Source: a virus (Duplodnaviria > Caudoviricetes). From it: 64,000 bases of DNA. The stretch's first letter is position 1; each line of letters opens with the position of its first letter. Both the position numbers and the translations under genes were made by a program. This document shows, piece by piece, positions 19,487-28,833 of the stretch. The stretch is taken from IMG/VR virus record IMGVR_UViG_3300022666_000111. The stretch is one strand, 5' to 3'. The notes beneath the pieces were generated by a model, which was not told the DNA's origin, did no database searches, and was given only the letters and a program-made list of their open reading frames with translations.

Positions 19487-20052
19487 GCACCGGAGACGTG
19501 ACTGTTCTGGGCGTGACCATGGGGGATCACGTCCTTGAAGATATCCAGATGAGTGTGCCACAAGGCATGATCGTCACCATTCCTGCCGAGCTTGCCTTGC
19601 GGTCAAAACACCTCTGGCAGGCCATAGCCCAGAAGTCCATCATGCGGATTCATTCAGGGGCGATCGGAGCACCAATTCAAGTGGCCCCCCATCAGTCAAA
19701 CCACGACGTGGTGATTGCAGCCTTGACGGATCAGAACAAGCAGCTCCATCAGACCCTTGAGGAGCAGCGGGCTATGAACGCCGCCATTCTCGAGCAGCTA
19801 CGCCTCCAAACGGAAGCTTTTAAGGTCATGATGGCCAAGGTTGAAGCCACGGGGGTTCAAGTTCGCGTTGTTTCGGCACAACCGGCCGTGGCGGGGATTC
19901 CCGCTGCGATCCTTCCGGACGACACGCCGACCTTCATACCGTCAAGCATCAAGCCTGTGGACGCCGAGGTTCGGATAGAATCCAAGACGGAGGAGTCCTC
20001 AGCGACCAACATCGCAAGCAATCGGAGCAAGCTCCGGTCGCTCCGCAAATAA
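19483..20052 (+). CDS. Hypothetical coiled-coil protein
   Basis: ATGA coupling; central coiled coil; C-terminal PTFIP...KLRSLRK. Confidence 0.7.
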   Translation: MSTGDVTVLGVTMGDHVLEDIQMSVPQGMIVTIPAELALRSKHLWQAIAQKSIMRIHSGAIGAPIQVAPHQSNHDVVIAALTDQNKQLHQTLEEQRAMNAAILEQLRLQTEAFKVMMAKVEATGVQVRVVSAQPAVAGIPAAILPDDTPTFIPSSIKPVDAEVRIESKTEESSATNIASNRSKLRSLRK

Positions 20053-20087
20053 ACCTCTTGAGTCTCGTCTTGAAGCAAGGAGAGATC

Positions 20088-20498
20088 ATGCACCCTCGTC
20101 AAGCTAGCCTCATCGCCCATGCCGAAGACCTCGTGACATCAACAGCCCCACGAACGGCAGCGGCGATCCTCTACAAGTACACGTGCCCTGAGACGGGTAA
20201 GGACTTCTGGACGGAGTCCAAGCAAACCTCGATCAAGAGCCCCTTCACTGGCAAGTCCTTCGCCGCCAAGCCTGAGAAGTCCTCCCTCGGTGACGTGGGT
20301 AAGGAAGTCAAGAAGGATCAAGAAGCCGCCAAGGCGAAGAAGAAGGCTGGCGAAGAGGGATCGCGCTTGGAGTATCGCCTCCCCGGTGAGGCAACCTTCA
20401 AGACCGCAACCTTCAGCGATTACAGCGCTGCCCTTGGTTGGGTGGACCACCTCATCCAGAAGGCTGGCAAGAATGTCGAAATCCGCTGGAACCCTTGA
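20088..20498 (+). CDS. Putative head-internal protein, two small domains
   Basis: AAGGAG RBS; RQAS, RTAA and KKAG motifs; C domain homologous to 12366 protein. Confidence 0.7.
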   Translation: MHPRQASLIAHAEDLVTSTAPRTAAAILYKYTCPETGKDFWTESKQTSIKSPFTGKSFAAKPEKSSLGDVGKEVKKDQEAAKAKKKAGEEGSRLEYRLPGEATFKTATFSDYSAALGWVDHLIQKAGKNVEIRWNP

Positions 20499-21171
20499 TC
20501 CGGTTTGGGATGATCCCACCGGCTACGATCCCCTTCAGCACGGGCCACCCTACTTGCCCGCGATGAGGCTAGCTATGCGAATCAAGAATGCAGCAGTGGC
20601 AAACATAGTGCGCAAGGCGTCCGAAGAGTCCCTTTCGGATGCGCAGGCGCTTTTCAATTCGATGCTCAATGGGTACGCGGGGGCTCCAGCCGCCGAGCTA
20701 GGCGTTCTGCTATCCGCCCTCAAGGCCCTTGCGGTCGTTCATCAATCACACCATTGGCAGACGCGTGGGGTGACCTACTACGGTGACCACCTCTTGTTCG
20801 AGCGCATCTATGGCAACGTTGACGGTGAGGTCGACGGGATCGCCGAGAAGGCCGTCGGGTTTGGACCCCACCTCTTGGTTCAGCCGATCGTCGTTTCGAC
20901 GCACCAGCTCATGGTGCTCAAGTGGCTCTACTCGGGAGCCCCTGTGGACCCCGACCCCCAGCAGTACGTCAATCTTAGCTTGCGAGCCGAATATGGCTTC
21001 ATGGTGCTCTTGCACCTCGCTTACGCCGGTCTGGAGAAGTCCGGTCTCTTGAGTCTCGGTGTAGACAACCGTTTGCAAGGCATCGCCGACAAGCACGAAG
21101 AGAACATCTATCTGCTACAACAGCGTGCAGGCCAACGTCAAGCGTCGGCCCTCTCTTGGAAGGCTACCTAA
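20473..21171 (+). CDS. dps: Dps/ferritin-like DNA-protection protein with N-terminal extension
   Basis: HWQTRG..YYGDHLLFE.IY....D.IAEK matches the Dps ferroxidase signature; start could be 20563/20575. Confidence 0.75.
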   Translation: MSKSAGTLDPVWDDPTGYDPLQHGPPYLPAMRLAMRIKNAAVANIVRKASEESLSDAQALFNSMLNGYAGAPAAELGVLLSALKALAVVHQSHHWQTRGVTYYGDHLLFERIYGNVDGEVDGIAEKAVGFGPHLLVQPIVVSTHQLMVLKWLYSGAPVDPDPQQYVNLSLRAEYGFMVLLHLAYAGLEKSGLLSLGVDNRLQGIADKHEENIYLLQQRAGQRQASALSWKAT

Positions 21172-21193
21172 CTACACCAGAAGGACTACAGAA

Positions 21194-21673
21194 ATGAAGA
21201 TCGCAACACTCCTCGGCCTCATCGCGGTTTTGGCTCTCACCGCTTGCAGCAGCTCGGATGACCCCAAGCCTACACCGCCCACGCCTGGCACCGACGCGAG
21301 CGCCCTCGACGGCTCTCCCGAAGCGTCTGCCCTCACTTGTGATGAAGACGCTGATTCCAAGCCCAACTGCGTTGGCCCCGTATGCGTCGATGGTAAGTGG
21401 ACCTGTCCACAAACCGAAGCCGGGGCGGACGCCGGGTGTGAAGGGAGTGCCCCGGAATGCTATTCCTCCAAGTGTGTCGACGGTAAGTGGGTGTGCCCCT
21501 GTGCCTCAGTCACCCCCGTACCCGCCTGCCCCACCTCCCCTCCCGTCTGTGTCAACGATACGGCGTGGGTTTGCGTCGAGGATTGCGACCTGAACGGTAT
21601 GCCGAATTGCGTCGGCGCTGTATGCACGGCAGGACAATGGACTTGCCCTATCTCCGACGGTGGGGCAGACTGA
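21194..21673 (+). CDS. Cys-rich repeat lipoprotein
   Basis: Signal peptide with LTAC lipobox; four C..C....C.xG.W.C repeats; DAG/DGG linkers. Confidence 0.85.
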   Translation: MKIATLLGLIAVLALTACSSSDDPKPTPPTPGTDASALDGSPEASALTCDEDADSKPNCVGPVCVDGKWTCPQTEAGADAGCEGSAPECYSSKCVDGKWVCPCASVTPVPACPTSPPVCVNDTAWVCVEDCDLNGMPNCVGAVCTAGQWTCPISDGGAD

Positions 21674-21710
21674 GGACGTAATGCCCAGAAAAGATGTGAA
21701 GGAGATGACA

Positions 21711-22727
21711 ATGACCAAGGATGTGGCTGAAGCCCCAGGGGTGGGTCTCGATATCGGGACCATGAACATCGTCAGCGCCAGGCAGCAAGGCGATAAGGTT
21801 GCGTTGGAACGCATCCGGGACGCATTCCTTGACCTTGACATCGCCGACAAGAAGACCTTGCGCCTTTCTCGGGTCAACTACGTAGAGAAGAACGGCCAGC
21901 TCATCGTCATTGGCGACTCCGCCTTGAACATGGCCAACTTGTTCAAGCGTGAAATCCGGCGACCCCTCTCCCGGGGGATCATCTCCGCTGGTGAGCTTGA
22001 CGCCCAACAGGTGTTGAGCTTGCTGGTTCACCACGTCTTGGGCGACCCTGTGACTCCAGGGGAGCACTGCTACTTCTCCGTTCCGGCCGCCCCGATCGAC
22101 GATCTCGATCAGGACATCACCTACCACACGGAGATCTTCCGAAAGATCGTCGCAGAGCATGGTTACACCCCTCACCCCATGAATGAAGCCATGGCGATCG
22201 TCTACAGCCAATGCGCCAATGAGAACTTCTCGGGGCTTTCGGTGAGCTTTGGTTCCGGCATGTGCAACGTTGCCCTTGCCTACCAGACGGTTCAAGGCAT
22301 GAGCTTCGCGGTCGCCCGGGGCGGGGATTGGATCGACCAACACGCCGCCAAAGCCATGGGCTCCACAGCGGCACGCATGTGCTCGATCAAGGAGAAGGGC
22401 ATCGACCTTGCCAAGCCCACCTGCCGCGAAGAAGAAGCCATTGCCCTCTACATCCGAGCGCTCATTCGCTATTGCCTCGAGGCTATCTCGCAGCAATTCC
22501 GCAAGGTACAAGCCTCCCTTGACTTGCCCGAAGCCGTCCCCTTTGTGGTCAGCGGTGGGACAAGTAAGGCAGGGGGCTTCCTTGACGTCTTCAAGCAAGA
22601 GTTTGAGGACGTTCGCAAGCGGGGCTTCCCCATCAAGGTCAGTGAGGTACGGGCTGCCCGCGACCCTCTGACAGCGGTAGCGGAGGGCCTCCTGGTCTTG
22701 GCCTCGGAAGAGCACGCCGACGACTAG
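21711..22727 (+). CDS. Actin-fold ATPase, volactin-like
   Basis: Phosphate-1 GLDIGTMN, connect-1 NEAMA, phosphate-2 SFGSGMCN, RGGDWID, adenosine VSGGTS, connect-2 AVAEG; AAGGAG RBS (alternative start 21681). Confidence 0.88.
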   Translation: MTKDVAEAPGVGLDIGTMNIVSARQQGDKVALERIRDAFLDLDIADKKTLRLSRVNYVEKNGQLIVIGDSALNMANLFKREIRRPLSRGIISAGELDAQQVLSLLVHHVLGDPVTPGEHCYFSVPAAPIDDLDQDITYHTEIFRKIVAEHGYTPHPMNEAMAIVYSQCANENFSGLSVSFGSGMCNVALAYQTVQGMSFAVARGGDWIDQHAAKAMGSTAARMCSIKEKGIDLAKPTCREEEAIALYIRALIRYCLEAISQQFRKVQASLDLPEAVPFVVSGGTSKAGGFLDVFKQEFEDVRKRGFPIKVSEVRAARDPLTAVAEGLLVLASEEHADD

Positions 22728-22750
22728 TCTTCCTGTCAAACACCTAGAGC

Positions 22751-23941
22751 GTGTACTACTACCTCGTATCGGCCCTCAAGCGGCGCCTCATCCTAGAGCT
22801 TCAAGATTCCTTCGCGCAGCATCCCGTCTACGAGAAGATCGTTCCCTTCATCCAGAGCAAATACTCCTTCAAGGAGCGCCCCCAATTTGGCATCGTCGTC
22901 AAGGGCAGCTCCGGCAACAAGGTAGCTCTCGCCGCCGATAACTACATCGGATCCATCGAGAGCTATGTGATGCTCGCCAACGTAGGCGCTCCGTGTTACC
23001 CGCTCGAGTGGATTCGTGAGGACATTGCGGCGACAAGGGCCAATAACGGCGTCTTTCCGCTCACCCCGGGGATTTACTACATCGAGATCCTCACGGCCCC
23101 TACAAACGCAAATGAGGCGGGGACCCTTGTTGTTGACCCCCTCATCACTGTCACGGATGAGCCTGTAGCCCAATTCGCTACGGGGCTTGAGCGGGAGCTA
23201 CAGCTTCAAGGTGAGCCCGCCCCTGGAACGCTACGCCTGTGGGACAACAACAAGTACCTGCTGCGTGAGGGCGTTGACTACATGATGGGAGAGACCCCTG
23301 GGTCAATCATCCTGCTTGCCAATCACGTCCCCGGAGGGACGATTGTTGCGGACTACCGCTACGCCGTCCCGTCCATAGGTCCCATTGACTTCTACTGGAA
23401 TACGGCGGACTTCACGACCCTCCCTGGGGTTGTCTTGGCCTTTGGTAAGCGCGCCCGCCCTGGGGATAAGGTGGCGGTCGTGGTGTACCCCGACCGCGTT
23501 CTCACCGCCAATGCCTTCGGCGGCAAGTTCGAGGTCTCCTTCGACTTCGACGTCATCGCCATGGACCCCCTTCAGATGGAGGAGATCGCCGACTTCGCCG
23601 TCATGAGCTTGTGGGGCATCAAGAAGCCGATTCTCGAGAATGAGGGGATCGAGATTCTCGATGTTTCAATGGGCGGGGAATCGGAGGAGATCTACGACGA
23701 GACCGCTGATCAGTACACCTACATGGCGTCCTTGTCGATACAATTCCGGGCGGATTGGGAGGTACATGTCCCGATGCCGCTCACGCTCAGCCGCGTCACG
23801 CCGACGTCTGCGTCGGGGGATGCCGCAGCGCCTCCTGGATCCTACGGCCCCTCGACGATTCAAGAGGTCTTCAGCGGACTCTTTTATCAAACGGCCCCTA
23901 TTGCGGTCGGACGGAACTACTCGTTCGAGAAGATTGGATGA
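22751..23941 (+). CDS. Putative tail terminator / tail-completion protein
   Basis: Upstream of sheath; C-terminal FDFDVIA.D....EEIAD...SLSIQF resembles terminator fold. Confidence 0.5.
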   Translation: MYYYLVSALKRRLILELQDSFAQHPVYEKIVPFIQSKYSFKERPQFGIVVKGSSGNKVALAADNYIGSIESYVMLANVGAPCYPLEWIREDIAATRANNGVFPLTPGIYYIEILTAPTNANEAGTLVVDPLITVTDEPVAQFATGLERELQLQGEPAPGTLRLWDNNKYLLREGVDYMMGETPGSIILLANHVPGGTIVADYRYAVPSIGPIDFYWNTADFTTLPGVVLAFGKRARPGDKVAVVVYPDRVLTANAFGGKFEVSFDFDVIAMDPLQMEEIADFAVMSLWGIKKPILENEGIEILDVSMGGESEEIYDETADQYTYMASLSIQFRADWEVHVPMPLTLSRVTPTSASGDAAAPPGSYGPSTIQEVFSGLFYQTAPIAVGRNYSFEKIG

Positions 23942-23947
23942 AGAGCG

Positions 23948-24370
23948 ATGCCTAAATACGAATTCGAATGTGCATACTGCAACCTCCGGTTTGAACGGGT
24001 CCTCAAGATGGGGGATCATGCCACGCACGAATGCCCGAAGTGTGAATGTGACGCTCCCCGCGTGTGGGACGGCTTCGCCTTTGGGTTCCAAGAGACTCCT
24101 GGGGCGGCGACGGCGAACACAGGGGTCCATGATAAGGACTACCCTACGGCCGATAAGGCGGTGGGACGTAGCGCCGAGGCCCGCTGGGGTGAGTATGACG
24201 CGAGGAACAAGGTCAAGAAGGCCGTTCGGGAGCAGGGCGGTACGCCTTCTCTTATGCGACGGAACGGTAAGGGCTTCGTGGAGTATGAGGCTATGAGTGA
24301 CGCTGGTGTCCAGGCCAATACGAAGATGCGTCAGAAGATTGTGGAGACCCGCAAAGCCGCCGAGCAATAA
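23948..24370 (+). CDS. FmdB-like zinc-ribbon protein
   Basis: MPKYEFECAYC...FE...CPKC. Confidence 0.8.
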   Translation: MPKYEFECAYCNLRFERVLKMGDHATHECPKCECDAPRVWDGFAFGFQETPGAATANTGVHDKDYPTADKAVGRSAEARWGEYDARNKVKKAVREQGGTPSLMRRNGKGFVEYEAMSDAGVQANTKMRQKIVETRKAAEQ

Positions 24371-24482
24371 TCTTCCTTTGTTCGTGTCGTTAGTGGGTCC
24401 AGCGCCCAAATCCAGATCAGATGCACATAGATGAAGCCTCTTCAGGACCTGCTCAACAGGGCAGCCACCACAGGAGATTCGG

Positions 24483-27400
24483 ATGGGCCTTGGACCGTTC
24501 GCGACCTTTGTATTCCCAGGTGTTTACACACGCAGTCTGACTGAAGCCAACGTCAGCAACCTCGTTGCTGGGCTTCGGATTCCGGTGTACATCGGGGTCG
24601 GGCAAGAAGAACTCGAGCAGCTTGACCTGGAGCTTGTGCGTGGCTCTAGCTCAACGCTTGACGAACAGATCGTCAACGAAGACGTCTCGGCGAGCTTCGT
24701 GGTTGACGAGACGAACCCCAACAATCCGGTGCTTGGAGTGACGGATGGGACCTACACCAAGGTCCGCGTTCGCAACTTCCCGATTGTTGATGGTCAGGGG
24801 TTCGGGCGCACCACCAATGACGTTCGCTCCGTGACCGCAACCGTCAACGGTTCGCCGGTCGCCGTGGGTGCCGTACAAGGCGCCAAGGGCTACGTCATCT
24901 TCCAGGTGCCGCCTCAGCCCACAGACATCGTCCGGATCACCTACTACTTCCATCGCGGTGACACCGTCTTCACCGACGACGTGAGCGACCAGGTGACAAC
25001 GACCACGGCTCAGCTCACAACGCCGGGCTTCGCGCCTTTCGAGATCACGACGGGCTCGACGGACAAGTTCATCCTCAAGGTCAACGGTTCGGAGTACACG
25101 ATCACCTTTGCAGGAGGCACCTTCACGGCGACCTCCATCAAGGGTCAAATCGACGTGGCTTCGATTTCGGGCCTCACCACCTCGGTCTTCACCGACGAGC
25201 AAGGTCGGGAGCACGTCCAGCTCAATTCCTCGGTATCCCTTGAGGTCGGAGCGGGATCGGCCAATGGCCCCCTCGGGTTCAGCCAGGGTGAGAAGTCAGC
25301 ACGCAACGTGGCCTTCCGCGTCTACAACATCCCGATCGTCGACGGCACCGGTGGCGGTGTTACCACGACAGACCCCACCAAGGTCGTTGTGCTCGTCAAC
25401 AGTGTCCAGGTAGTTGCAAGCGCGGTCGACGGACGCAACGGCATCGTGACCCTCCCGGCCCCTCCGGCCCCAGGGTCCACCGTCACGATCCGCTACTACG
25501 CGAATACATGGCAAGACACCTTTGACTACCTGCCCAACACGCTCGTCACGGGCGTCATTCGCTGCGGCATCAGCCCGCAGCGCAATGACTACATCGAGAG
25601 CCAGGACTTTGTCATCTCGAACCCCTCGACGGATACCTCGATCATCCATTGGGGAACGAGCTTCACAGTCACCTCGACGAACCGGACCGCTGGCGCAGAG
25701 CCCTTCGATAGCTCCCAAATCGTTCCGACCTTGGTGGACGACAAGCTCTTCCTCGCGGAATGCGAGCGCGTCACGAACACCTCAATGACCCCGGCAACGG
25801 TGTCCTCAACGGAGTTCTACCTCCCTGAAGTCCCGACCATGGGCAACGGTCGAGACACGCCGCTTGGCACGTCGCTCTACAATGACGTCGCCAACAGCCG
25901 CTACGGGCTTGCCTCCGCGCGCCCCGACCTGGTTCAGGTGTACGTCGGCCGGACCCTCCGCGACGCCCTACAGCGCGGGCGCGTGACGGTCACAGCGGTT
26001 GATCCTTCGACCAGCAAGATCGTCCTCAAGAACCCCGTCCCGCCTGACTACAAGGCATTCGCGACCTTCTGGTACAACCGCGTCTCGGATGACACCTTCG
26101 TTCTGACGAACAAGGTCGCCGGTCCGATCGGTGTGGGGCAGTACGAGGTCTACAGCTCGACCTACGCCACGAACCTCTACCAGGTTCGCTTCGGAACCAA
26201 GGGGTCCGGCCTCACCGCAGCCGTCCAATGGCCGCGCGGTGTTGAACAGATCCCGGACGCTTTCCACCACGGTGGTACCCCCGTATCGGAGCAGATCACG
26301 GTCACATTCGGAGTCGCTCCGGCTTGCAACGCAGCCTACACCAACAAGGGTGCATCCCCCTACTCGCTCTACTCGGGGACCTCCTCGAGCTGGACGACGG
26401 TGGTCAATGGCGCTAACCAAGTGACCAACCTGGCTCTTGCAGCCAAGGGCTTCCTGGTCGGCGCGCATGTCACCCCGATCCAAACCGGCATCAATGCCGG
26501 AACCATCGAGATCCCTGCTTCGCCCAGCAACGCCCTCAACCTCACGATTGACGGGACCGAGCTTGCGGTGGCGCTCACGGCGGGTTACAGGACGCCGACC
26601 CAGATCGTAGCGGACATCAACACCGCGATCGACGCGGACCCGGCCTTCTCTGGAACGGCGCCGAACACCCTCGCAGGGTTCAAGCAGATCGGCCCTTCGA
26701 CGGGCGACGTGCTCTTCTACATTCAGAGCTACTCGACCCCCGGCGCGCTGCCCAATGGCTTTGACCACACCTCTACGGTTCTTGTTCGCCAAGGGACGAT
26801 CGAGGCAACCCTCGGGTTCTCGACCTTCCAGACGGCTTCCGGGACCACAGGCGCGATCAACAAGCCCGCGACCTACCTCGGAACCTTGGCAGGCCCCTTC
26901 GCCATCACGGCGGGTCTCAATGACACCGTGAAGTTCCGCCTCAACGGTGTTGACTACGAAGTCACATTGCCAAGCGGCGCGGCGGTCGCAGCGAGCGCGA
27001 TTGTGACGGCGATCAACGCGGTCCCCGGCCTCACGGGTGTTGCCTCGACCAACATCGCGGGTTCGGCATTGGACAAGATCCGCCTCACCAGCCCGATCAA
27101 CACGGACACCTCGTCCATCAGCATCCTCACCGCGAGCGCCAACGAGATCCTCGGCTTCACGGCAGGGGACTATGCTGGTCAGACGCGCGTCACGGCCCAT
27201 GAGATTGCCAACCGGCTCAACAGCACGGCGGGATTCTTCACGGGTGCGATTGCCTACGCGGATACGATCGAAGGCCAGACCTACATCACGATCGAATCCA
27301 TCACGGTCGGCGCGACAGCCTCCAGCATCGCCTTCGCGTCAAGCGCAGGAACCGCCTTCAACCGGACCACGGGCCTCAATATCACCCCTGGAACGGATGG

Positions 27401-28769
27401 CGACGTCGGCGAGAACACCTACGACATGTACACGGTCACCTCGAACAACTCGCTTGGTTCCGCAGGAACCGGCGTCCCGGGGCAGACCTACACGGACGCC
27501 CGCACCGGCCTCCGCTTCACGATCCTCCCGGCAACCACGGGGTCTTACGGATCCGGCCCAACGGTTTACTTCACGATGGACGTCTCCCCGACCTTCGTTG
27601 TGAACCCCGCTGTACCGACCTACGCCCTCCCTGGGCTCGAGACGATCGTGACCAACACGGTCAACGTTGGCGTCAACGACACAGCGACGGTCCAGACCTT
27701 CAACCCCTCGGGCGTTGAGCCTGCGGTCGGTGACTTCTACTTCCTGAGCTACCGCTACATGAAGCAAGACTTCACGACTCGCATCTTCCGGACCTTCAAG
27801 ACCATTGAGTCCAACTTCGGGCGCATCTCGGCGGAGAACCGGGTCACCCTGGCGGCCTACCTTGCGATCTTGAACGGCGCGGTCTTGGTTGGGATCAAGC
27901 AGGTTCTCAAGGTGATCAACACCAACCAAGCCAGTGACTCGAGCTTTATCTCGGCGATCAAGGAGCTTGAGATTCCGCTACCTGGTGGCGTGAAGCCCGA
28001 CATTCTGGTGCCTTTGGCAACCAGCAGCGCGGTCTACGCCTACCTGACGCAGCATTGCGAAGTCATGAGCAATGAGCGCAACCAGAGTGAGCGTATGGGC
28101 ATGATCGGGTTCGCCTCCGGGACGATCCCCACCACGGCCCAGACGGTTGCCAAGTCGCTCAATTCGAACCGCATCATCGCCCTCTACCCGGATTCATCGG
28201 TCATCACCATGACCAACGAGCTGGGCGAGAGCTATGAAACCTTGGTCGACGGCACCTTCTTCGCGGCAGCGGTCGCGGGTGCAGCAGTCAGCCCAGCGGT
28301 TGACGTCGCGACGCCCTACACGCGGCGCCGGATTCAGGGCTTCACACGGATCCCTCGTATCCTCGACGCGGTTGAAGCCAGCCAGACGGCGGTCTCGGGC
28401 GTCACCCTCCTTGAGGACCTCGACCCGATCATCCGGATCCGTCAAGGCTTGACGACCAACATGGCGTCGATCCTCACGCGGCTCCCGACCGTGACGCAGA
28501 TCGCGGACTACGTGCAGCAGCAAAGCCGCATGATCCTCGACTCCTTCGTCGGAACCAAGTTCTTGCCTTCGCGCACGAACGAGGTTGAGGTCACGATGAC
28601 GGGGCTCTTCAAGAGCCTCATCCAGGCGGAAATCATCGCGGCCTTCACGGGAGTGGCCGCAGCGGTTGATGCCGATGACCCGACGATCCTCCGGTTCGAA
28701 GCCTTCTATCAGCCGGTCTTCCCGCTCCTCTACCTCGTCCTCACCTTCAACATCCGCGCACGGATTTGA
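24483..28769 (+). CDS. Contractile tail sheath protein with multiple inserted domains (1428 aa)
   Basis: N-terminal PGVYT; C-terminal sheath core (ER.G.IG, RIRQGLTT, DYV, FVG.K, YQPVFPL.Y..LTF). Confidence 0.9.
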   Translation: MGLGPFATFVFPGVYTRSLTEANVSNLVAGLRIPVYIGVGQEELEQLDLELVRGSSSTLDEQIVNEDVSASFVVDETNPNNPVLGVTDGTYTKVRVRNFPIVDGQGFGRTTNDVRSVTATVNGSPVAVGAVQGAKGYVIFQVPPQPTDIVRITYYFHRGDTVFTDDVSDQVTTTTAQLTTPGFAPFEITTGSTDKFILKVNGSEYTITFAGGTFTATSIKGQIDVASISGLTTSVFTDEQGREHVQLNSSVSLEVGAGSANGPLGFSQGEKSARNVAFRVYNIPIVDGTGGGVTTTDPTKVVVLVNSVQVVASAVDGRNGIVTLPAPPAPGSTVTIRYYANTWQDTFDYLPNTLVTGVIRCGISPQRNDYIESQDFVISNPSTDTSIIHWGTSFTVTSTNRTAGAEPFDSSQIVPTLVDDKLFLAECERVTNTSMTPATVSSTEFYLPEVPTMGNGRDTPLGTSLYNDVANSRYGLASARPDLVQVYVGRTLRDALQRGRVTVTAVDPSTSKIVLKNPVPPDYKAFATFWYNRVSDDTFVLTNKVAGPIGVGQYEVYSSTYATNLYQVRFGTKGSGLTAAVQWPRGVEQIPDAFHHGGTPVSEQITVTFGVAPACNAAYTNKGASPYSLYSGTSSSWTTVVNGANQVTNLALAAKGFLVGAHVTPIQTGINAGTIEIPASPSNALNLTIDGTELAVALTAGYRTPTQIVADINTAIDADPAFSGTAPNTLAGFKQIGPSTGDVLFYIQSYSTPGALPNGFDHTSTVLVRQGTIEATLGFSTFQTASGTTGAINKPATYLGTLAGPFAITAGLNDTVKFRLNGVDYEVTLPSGAAVAASAIVTAINAVPGLTGVASTNIAGSALDKIRLTSPINTDTSSISILTASANEILGFTAGDYAGQTRVTAHEIANRLNSTAGFFTGAIAYADTIEGQTYITIESITVGATASSIAFASSAGTAFNRTTGLNITPGTDGDVGENTYDMYTVTSNNSLGSAGTGVPGQTYTDARTGLRFTILPATTGSYGSGPTVYFTMDVSPTFVVNPAVPTYALPGLETIVTNTVNVGVNDTATVQTFNPSGVEPAVGDFYFLSYRYMKQDFTTRIFRTFKTIESNFGRISAENRVTLAAYLAILNGAVLVGIKQVLKVINTNQASDSSFISAIKELEIPLPGGVKPDILVPLATSSAVYAYLTQHCEVMSNERNQSERMGMIGFASGTIPTTAQTVAKSLNSNRIIALYPDSSVITMTNELGESYETLVDGTFFAAAVAGAAVSPAVDVATPYTRRRIQGFTRIPRILDAVEASQTAVSGVTLLEDLDPIIRIRQGLTTNMASILTRLPTVTQIADYVQQQSRMILDSFVGTKFLPSRTNEVEVTMTGLFKSLIQAEIIAAFTGVAAAVDADDPTILRFEAFYQPVFPLLYLVLTFNIRARI

Positions 28770-28791
28770 CCAGGCAAGGAAAGATTAACAT

Positions 28792-28826
28792 TAGCTCTTG
28801 ACACGCTGGTAGTCAAGAGCTAGCTT
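28792..28826 (+). promoter_or_regulatory. Sigma70-type leaderless promoter inside a perfect 11-bp inverted repeat
   Basis: TTGACA(28798)-N17-TAGCTT, 7 nt before ATG 28834; TAGCTCTTGAC-N9-GTCAAGAGCTA. Confidence 0.65.
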
Positions 28827-28833
28827 GCCTTGT

